Shown piece after piece: positions 58,545 through 64,000 of a stretch of DNA of 64,000 nucleotides. The number at the start of each line of letters is the position of its first letter. Position 1 is the first letter of the stretch. The notes beneath the pieces were generated by a model. That model saw nothing but the letters and a program-made list of their open reading frames with translations, was not told where the DNA came from and searched no databases. Source of the stretch: Marine Group II euryarchaeote MED-G38 (GTDB lineage: Archaea > Thermoplasmatota > Poseidoniia > Poseidoniales > Thalassarchaeaceae); assembly GCA_002457145.1 (NCBI GenBank), contig NTJP01000005.1, positions 36,000-99,999 of the forward strand, written 5' to 3'. The translations under genes and the position numbers were made by a program.

Positions 58545-60461
58545 TTATGATAATCTAAGTGTTTCTAGATTATTTGGAGCATATGTTTGGACTTTGAATT
58601 TCTCTCTTAACCCTTGTCTAAATGCATTACATGTCTGAGGATCTCCATGATGACAAATTATTTTCCTGGGAGTAGGATGTAAAGCAGAGACATAATCCAT
58701 CAGTTGATTTCTATCTGAATGGCCACTGAATCCATCTATAATAACCATATTACAATTTACTTCTATCATTAATGTTTGGCCTCTGTCCATTAAAGGTACT
58801 TGTGCATGACCATCTTGTAATCTACGCCCCAACGTTCCTGAGGCTTGATAGCCTACAAAACAAAGAGTATTTCCATGTTCAGGGGCCCAGTGTTTGAAGT
58901 ATTCGACAATAGGGCCTCCGGTCATCATACCACTAGTTGCTAAAACAATACATGAGTTGGTATCCAAAAGTATAGATTCTCTTTGCTTATGAGATTCAAC
59001 CTGTTTAAACCAAGGTGAATTGAAAGGGTTTTGATCACCGCCTTTCAGCAGCTGTTTCCTTAATTCTCTGTTTAAGAAATTAGGATGACTTGAATGTATA
59101 GCAGTTGCTTCTGATATCATCCCATCAAGCCACACTGTAACTGGTTTTACTTTACCGGATTTAAACAATTCATCAATAGCAATCATCACTTCCTGAGATC
59201 TCCCAACTGCAAAAACTGGACTGAATATTTTACCCCCTCTATTTAGAGTATCTATAATTAAGTCCTGGAGTTCATGACTTGCTTGTTGTCTAGTTGGTTG
59301 GATATTTTGAGGACCGCCATATGTAGATTCTATAACTAAAGTATCAACTTTAGGGAAGCGAACAGTGGCCGCATCAAATAACCAAGACTTTTCATACTTT
59401 ATATCACCAGAGAATAATAATTTATGCTCATAGTTTCCTTCACCTATTTGGGTATAAACGCTTGAAGAACCAAGAATATGTCCTGCATTTTCGAGAGTTA
59501 TTTTAACATCTGGAGCGATGTCAGTCTTATCTCCCCATTCAATATCAATGGTATGTTTTATGCACTCTTGTATATCAGCCTTAGAATATGGAGGATCATT
59601 TCCCTCTGCCTGTGCCACTTTTATATAGTCAATTTGTAATAAAGTCATTAAATCCCTAGTTGGAGGAGTACAATACACAGGACCTCTGTATCCATATTTG
59701 AATAAAACGGGCAACATCCCTATGTGATCAACGTGAGCATGAGTAATTACTATAGCATCTAAATTGTCCAATGGTAATAGCTCTGGAGCTGAAAAGAATG
59801 GTTGTGTTTCATTTCTATTAGTAGTTGGTTTGGCTCCACAATCAATAAGAATTTTTGATTCATTTGTTGTAACTAAATGCATAGCTCTTCCAACTTCCCT
59901 GTAGGATCCAAGTGCAGTTACTCTTACCCATGGGACACTATTCCGTTTTGGACGATAAATTCTAGTACCAAATTTACGTAAAAGAGACTTGCGATCATCA
60001 GACATTTCTTTACGATACCTACGAATATCATGCTGAGTTCTACTTGCAATAGCAGGAGCCCTAACTACCTTTACTAACCAACCTATTTCATCCCTGAGGG
60101 ATTGAATATTAATTCCTTTGGGGCCTACTGCTGTAGAAGGATCATCGCATTCAAGGATAATTTCAGATAAAGCTGGATCTAACCAAGTATTAACAATGCC
60201 TACTTCTGGCGGGATGAATTTTGTTATTGCTTGATGAATTGATGCTTCATCAGCTAGAATACTTGAATGTGGACGGATTACAACTCGCCGTTTAATCGAC
60301 TTTGCTATTTGAACAGTTAAACTATCCCCACTTCCGATAAATAAAGAAGGTTTTTTAGTAATTATTGATATTGAACCTGCTTCTAAATCTACCTCGTAAT
60401 CAATATCGCTAGGTATTAATTTACTTATTCTTTTTTTAATCTCAGTTAATGTTAAACGCAT
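58545..60461 (-). CDS. fttA: aCPSF1 / FttA beta-CASP ribonuclease (KH-KH-MBL)
   Basis: KH motif VGPKG, LGSYREVGR, THAHVDH, AGHILGS, ESTYGG, AVGRSQE and DGFSGHSDR. Confidence 0.96.
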   Translation of the reverse strand: MRLTLTEIKKRISKLIPSDIDYEVDLEAGSISIITKKPSLFIGSGDSLTVQIAKSIKRRVVIRPHSSILADEASIHQAITKFIPPEVGIVNTWLDPALSEIILECDDPSTAVGPKGINIQSLRDEIGWLVKVVRAPAIASRTQHDIRRYRKEMSDDRKSLLRKFGTRIYRPKRNSVPWVRVTALGSYREVGRAMHLVTTNESKILIDCGAKPTTNRNETQPFFSAPELLPLDNLDAIVITHAHVDHIGMLPVLFKYGYRGPVYCTPPTRDLMTLLQIDYIKVAQAEGNDPPYSKADIQECIKHTIDIEWGDKTDIAPDVKITLENAGHILGSSSVYTQIGEGNYEHKLLFSGDIKYEKSWLFDAATVRFPKVDTLVIESTYGGPQNIQPTRQQASHELQDLIIDTLNRGGKIFSPVFAVGRSQEVMIAIDELFKSGKVKPVTVWLDGMISEATAIHSSHPNFLNRELRKQLLKGGDQNPFNSPWFKQVESHKQRESILLDTNSCIVLATSGMMTGGPIVEYFKHWAPEHGNTLCFVGYQASGTLGRRLQDGHAQVPLMDRGQTLMIEVNCNMVIIDGFSGHSDRNQLMDYVSALHPTPRKIICHHGDPQTCNAFRQGLREKFKVQTYAPNNLETLRLS

Positions 60462-60527
60462 AAGAAGTCCTCTAGATAAATCCTACAGTATTATGTGCAC
60501 CCAAATTGCACTAAGGAAGGAATGTGA

Positions 60528-61154
60528 TTATAGTGAAGAAACTAGATTCGTTAATTCATTCTCAGATAATAATTGGAAACCATTGTCCATGGTTATTACG
60601 GCTAAGTCCATACCATTTCCACTTGCCGCATCTCTTTGAGCGGAGGCTAACAATGATTTGGCTGCTACTCTAAGTGCTTCGTCTTTTGTCATATTATCTT
60701 TATACTGATCTTCTAAAACACCATACATAAAAGGGCTACCAGAACCAGTAGCACAATAAACATCTGGTATTGAACCTCCCGCGGAATCTATGCTGTAGAC
60801 ACTAGGTCCACTATCATCCACTCCTACAATAAGCAATTGTACATGATGTGGTCTACCCACTAAAATATTGGCAGTGAGAGTGGCGGCTCCTTTCACAGAC
60901 ATTGGAGAATCTCTCTTCAACTCATATAACCTTAATTCAGACGCTAACGTTCTTGAAAGAGATTGAGCATGCCCAACTAATCCTGCTGTGGTAAGAGCAA
61001 TGTTTTCTGATATCTTGAAGACTTTTTGAACACTTTTATTTGCAATAAAGTGACCCATGGTAGCTCTATGATCTGCACCAACTACTACACCTCCATCAAA
61101 TGTAATTCCTATAGTGCTAGTTCCAGTTTTTATCGCTTGAGAAGAGGTATCCAT
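60528..61154 (-). CDS. psmB: Proteasome subunit beta
   Basis: Propeptide MDTSSQAIKTG|TSTIG, ATGSGSPF and RDAASG. ATG 61154 follows AGGTGA. Upstream of aCPSF1, as is usual in archaea. Confidence 0.96.
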   Translation of the reverse strand: MDTSSQAIKTGTSTIGITFDGGVVVGADHRATMGHFIANKSVQKVFKISENIALTTAGLVGHAQSLSRTLASELRLYELKRDSPMSVKGAATLTANILVGRPHHVQLLIVGVDDSGPSVYSIDSAGGSIPDVYCATGSGSPFMYGVLEDQYKDNMTKDEALRVAAKSLLASAQRDAASGNGMDLAVITMDNGFQLLSENELTNLVSSL

Positions 61155-61317
61155 AAAAATCACCTGTCGGGGAAGAGTTCCCAACAAACTCTACTGAAAT
61201 CCGACCCTTTATGAATGCGACGGGAAAATAAGTCTTAAAATATAAAAGAGTAGTAAAACATGAGTTGAAGTTTTAATATATAGAAGGAGTCAAGTCTGTG
61301 AGATAAGTCGAGAGTAC

Positions 61318-61704
61318 ATGGCTAGAAGAGAAGAGGGCCCTCGTTGGATAGAAATGTCCCAAACCTCCAATTCTAATGAAGCAGATATTGCCCCAGGAGA
61401 AAATTATCATGACTTAGGTTCAAAATATCCTGATGCACCAATACCGAGAGAATTTGGTGATGTAATAATAAGAAGGTCTGTACTTGAAGACTTGACTGGT
61501 GTCTCGACCATAATGAATTGGACCTCTGATGGTGACTTGGTAATTGTAGAAATGTCTGCATTGATGAAAAGAGAAACAGAATTGCACATAGCTGTTAGTA
61601 AAATTAAAGATTTTGTTGAGTTGGATTTAGGAGGTAGTCTATTGCAATTGGGGAAAACTAGGCTGCTAATATTACCACCAGATTTTGATACCAATGAGAT
61701 GTAA
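61318..61704 (+). CDS. sepF: Cell division protein SepF-like
   Basis: GDLVIVEM..L..AVSKIK..LGGSLLQLG..LLILPP; adjacent to ZPR1. Confidence 0.75.
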   Translation: MARREEGPRWIEMSQTSNSNEADIAPGENYHDLGSKYPDAPIPREFGDVIIRRSVLEDLTGVSTIMNWTSDGDLVIVEMSALMKRETELHIAVSKIKDFVELDLGGSLLQLGKTRLLILPPDFDTNEM

Positions 61705-61713
61705 AGAGAATAT

Positions 61714-62328
61714 TTGAAAGGAATGAATATGGAAAGTATTATTGATCAATCTTGTCCGATTTGTTCATCGAAAAAAGGTTTAAAATTGTATGTTCATATT
61801 TCAGAAATTCCATATTTTGGAGAACACACCCAAATGACAATGATGTGTGATTCCTGTGGATGGAAGAATACTGATTTTATACCTGCAGAAGGTAAGAAGC
61901 CAGGAAGTTGGTCATTGAGAATTAATAATGTCGAACACATGTCGGCTAGAGTTGTGAGATCTTCGTCATGTACAATAAGGATAGAGGAGATAGGACTGGA
62001 GGTTGAACCGGGAGGAAATTCGAGTGGTTATATTACAAATATTGAAGGAGTATTGAATAGATTTAGCGATATTGTAAAGATGATATTAAGACAAGCAAGA
62101 AGAGATGGAGAAGAAACTGTTGAAAATTGTATGTTACTTCTAGAAAAAATATATCAGATTAAGAATGGAGAGAGAGAAGTTGATATGATATTATTAGATC
62201 CTATGGGACATAGTCAAATTTTACATGATGATGCTATATCAAGAGAATTATTAGAGGATGAGCTTTCAGATTTAGAAATTGGCAATAGTATCCCAGTTTT
62301 TGATATCAATAGTGAAGAGATTCTTTAA
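61714..62328 (+). CDS. ZPR1 zinc-finger protein
   Basis: CPIC, IPYFGE, CDSCGW, ARVVRSS, YITNIEGVL and LDPMGHS. Confidence 0.93.
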   Translation: MKGMNMESIIDQSCPICSSKKGLKLYVHISEIPYFGEHTQMTMMCDSCGWKNTDFIPAEGKKPGSWSLRINNVEHMSARVVRSSSCTIRIEEIGLEVEPGGNSSGYITNIEGVLNRFSDIVKMILRQARRDGEETVENCMLLLEKIYQIKNGEREVDMILLDPMGHSQILHDDAISRELLEDELSDLEIGNSIPVFDINSEEIL

Positions 62329-62334
62329 TTAACA

Positions 62335-63717
62335 CTAAATTGAATCGTTTGCTAGAAATTCATCTAATCTTCCTGACCACTCATCTCTTTTCTCGGAAAT
62401 ATCGTTTAGCCAAATTGTTGCCTTATCAATACAAAGTTGTTTCATTTCACCGGCTAAAATTCTACCACTTTCATAATTTTTTCGTATTTTTTCTAATTCC
62501 GTATCATCACTTTCGAAGAAAAATTGGAGATATTGAAACGCTACATCTTTGGAACAATCTCCGCCGAGACGCCTATGTTCTTCGACAGTAGATTGTCCAC
62601 CACTGTGTGCTCTTTTCACTTTCCTTGACATAATTTCTATGGAATCATCCATGAAAATTGTAGTTTCTGGTTTTGAAGAGGACATTTTATCACCCGTCAT
62701 TCCAACAACAAATCGATGATATGTAGAACATGGAGGTAACAAACCCATACCACCTAAACTTCGTTCTAAAGTCAATAATTCGATTTTTAATTTATATTTA
62801 TCACTCGAAGTTGCCCCTGGAATTGTTATTGTACCATGTTTAAGATTTGATAAAATATCAGCATAACCTAACTTTAAAATACAATTTTTTATTTTTTCAA
62901 AAATAATTTTTCTATCTTCAAGAACTAGTTTACCATTGTTGGATATTCCAAAAATTTTTTCATTTTCAGGTTGAATAGATAGCGCAATAATTAGTCCTCC
63001 ATTTTTTTGGTCTTTCAGATTAAACCAATTTGTTTTACTTACTAAACCCCTAGTTAATCTCAAATGAGGATCTTGATCTACTCCAACAGGTACAACTACT
63101 GGACGTAATCCTCCAAATTCTTCTAATTGTGGATGAGTAATATCTCCGGCTTGTATGAGAGGTGATTGAACGTGAGCAAGATTGGTATCGCCTTGGAAGC
63201 CATAAATGGATTCTAATTCTGAGAGATTTGTTTTACGGCCCAAGGTAAATGCTAGTCTTTGTACTTCTGATCTCTTACTTTGAAAATATACATTAGTGGT
63301 TTCAGGCCTTAAACCTAAGGCAGCGTAGTTAATTATGTAATCTTCAATTGCGGTTTTACGGCCTCCTTCAAGAGATTTAGAGCGTGTAGCCAAAGCCTCT
63401 AAATCTGCTACAGCTACATTAATATCACCTCCATGTTGCTGAAACCATTTTACCTGTTGAATAACCATACTATGGCCAAGATGCATTTTTCCACTTGGCA
63501 TTAAGCCAGTTAAAACACCAAAATTTTCATTATTTTTTATAGAATTTAATATTAAATCAAAATCTCTATGTGCGAATATTATTCCCCTTCTATGAAGCAT
63601 GCTAGGATTAGGTATCAATGATAAATCAATAGACCCTAAACCAAATTTTTGAATTAATCTTTGATAATCTGTAGACTGTTCAGACGACCAAGGATCAATC
63701 CGCTGGACATCTTCCAT
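62335..63717 (-). CDS. trpS: Tryptophan--tRNA ligase (archaeal type)
   Basis: IDPW, RRGIIFAHRD, TGLMPSGKMHLGH, VPVGVDQDPHLRL and KMSSS. Confidence 0.96.
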   Translation of the reverse strand: MEDVQRIDPWSSEQSTDYQRLIQKFGLGSIDLSLIPNPSMLHRRGIIFAHRDFDLILNSIKNNENFGVLTGLMPSGKMHLGHSMVIQQVKWFQQHGGDINVAVADLEALATRSKSLEGGRKTAIEDYIINYAALGLRPETTNVYFQSKRSEVQRLAFTLGRKTNLSELESIYGFQGDTNLAHVQSPLIQAGDITHPQLEEFGGLRPVVVPVGVDQDPHLRLTRGLVSKTNWFNLKDQKNGGLIIALSIQPENEKIFGISNNGKLVLEDRKIIFEKIKNCILKLGYADILSNLKHGTITIPGATSSDKYKLKIELLTLERSLGGMGLLPPCSTYHRFVVGMTGDKMSSSKPETTIFMDDSIEIMSRKVKRAHSGGQSTVEEHRRLGGDCSKDVAFQYLQFFFESDDTELEKIRKNYESGRILAGEMKQLCIDKATIWLNDISEKRDEWSGRLDEFLANDSI

Positions 63718-63811
63718 AGCAATGGGCTTACGATATATGAAATCAATCCATCGATGAGGATATCAAATAAACACAGTTAAAACAATAACCCTTATCATTT
63801 TGTCACAGTAT

Positions 63812-64000
63812 ATGGCGATCATTCATTGTTTAGGCGTCGGACTTGTTGGATCATATGTGGCTAAGAAATTATCTGCTAATGGGCATCAAGTTCATGCTCA
63901 TGATTTGAATCCAGATAATGTATTTTCAGAATATCCAAGAATTATTATTCATAAAGGAGATGTTCTTGAGAGTTCTAAAGATAAAAATAATTTTGGAGAA
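63812..64000 (+). CDS. NAD(P)-binding Rossmann protein (saccharopine dehydrogenase-like), 3'-truncated by window edge
   Basis: MAIIHCLGVGLVGSYVAKKLSANGHQVHAHDLN with a GxGxxG motif; open to the window end. Confidence 0.65.
   Translation, partial: MAIIHCLGVGLVGSYVAKKLSANGHQVHAHDLNPDNVFSEYPRIIIHKGDVLESSKDKNNFGE

Noticed and set aside
1390-62591. Many 60-130-aa antisense or alternate-frame ORFs (e.g. 3095-3439, 23084-23401, 32103-32486, 39546-39938, 52267-52998)
   Set aside because: They lie within well-supported genes and carry no motifs; shadow ORFs.

Overview
Low-GC (roughly 30% by eye), gene-dense archaeal chromosome segment. It has PAN, proteasome beta, aCPSF1/FttA, Kae1, S19e/L39e/L31e/S17e, EndA, SepF-ZPR1, an archaeal SRP RNA and GGR. 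It also carries many bacterial-type aerobic heterotrophy genes: hut/FTCD, methylmalonyl-CoA mutase and epimerase, PntAB, class-2 PyrD, MqnC, FdhF/YdeP-FdhD, an M6 protease and MMPL. This mix points to Marine Group II Thermoplasmatota (Poseidoniales); the taxonomy is an inference. I added features missing from the ORF track: tRNA-Val(GAC), tRNA-Pro(TGG), SRP RNA, rpl39e, a DUF5679-like Zn-ribbon gene and an RHH regulator. No integrase, transposase, prophage or CRISPR array was seen. Strongest candidates for new biology: (1) a translationally coupled RHH-folE-queE-queC::msrB-queD operon. It is preceded by four 11-bp helically phased repeats, and its QueC has lost the Zn cysteines and is fused in frame to an intact MsrB. 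(2) A three-gene unit: CxCH/Reeler-like membrane protein, degenerate TatC fused to an HdrA-N-like Cys domain, and an M6 protease. (3) An unexplained GC-rich, structured ~110-nt intergenic element beside tRNA-Pro. All product calls come from motif recognition, not database searches.
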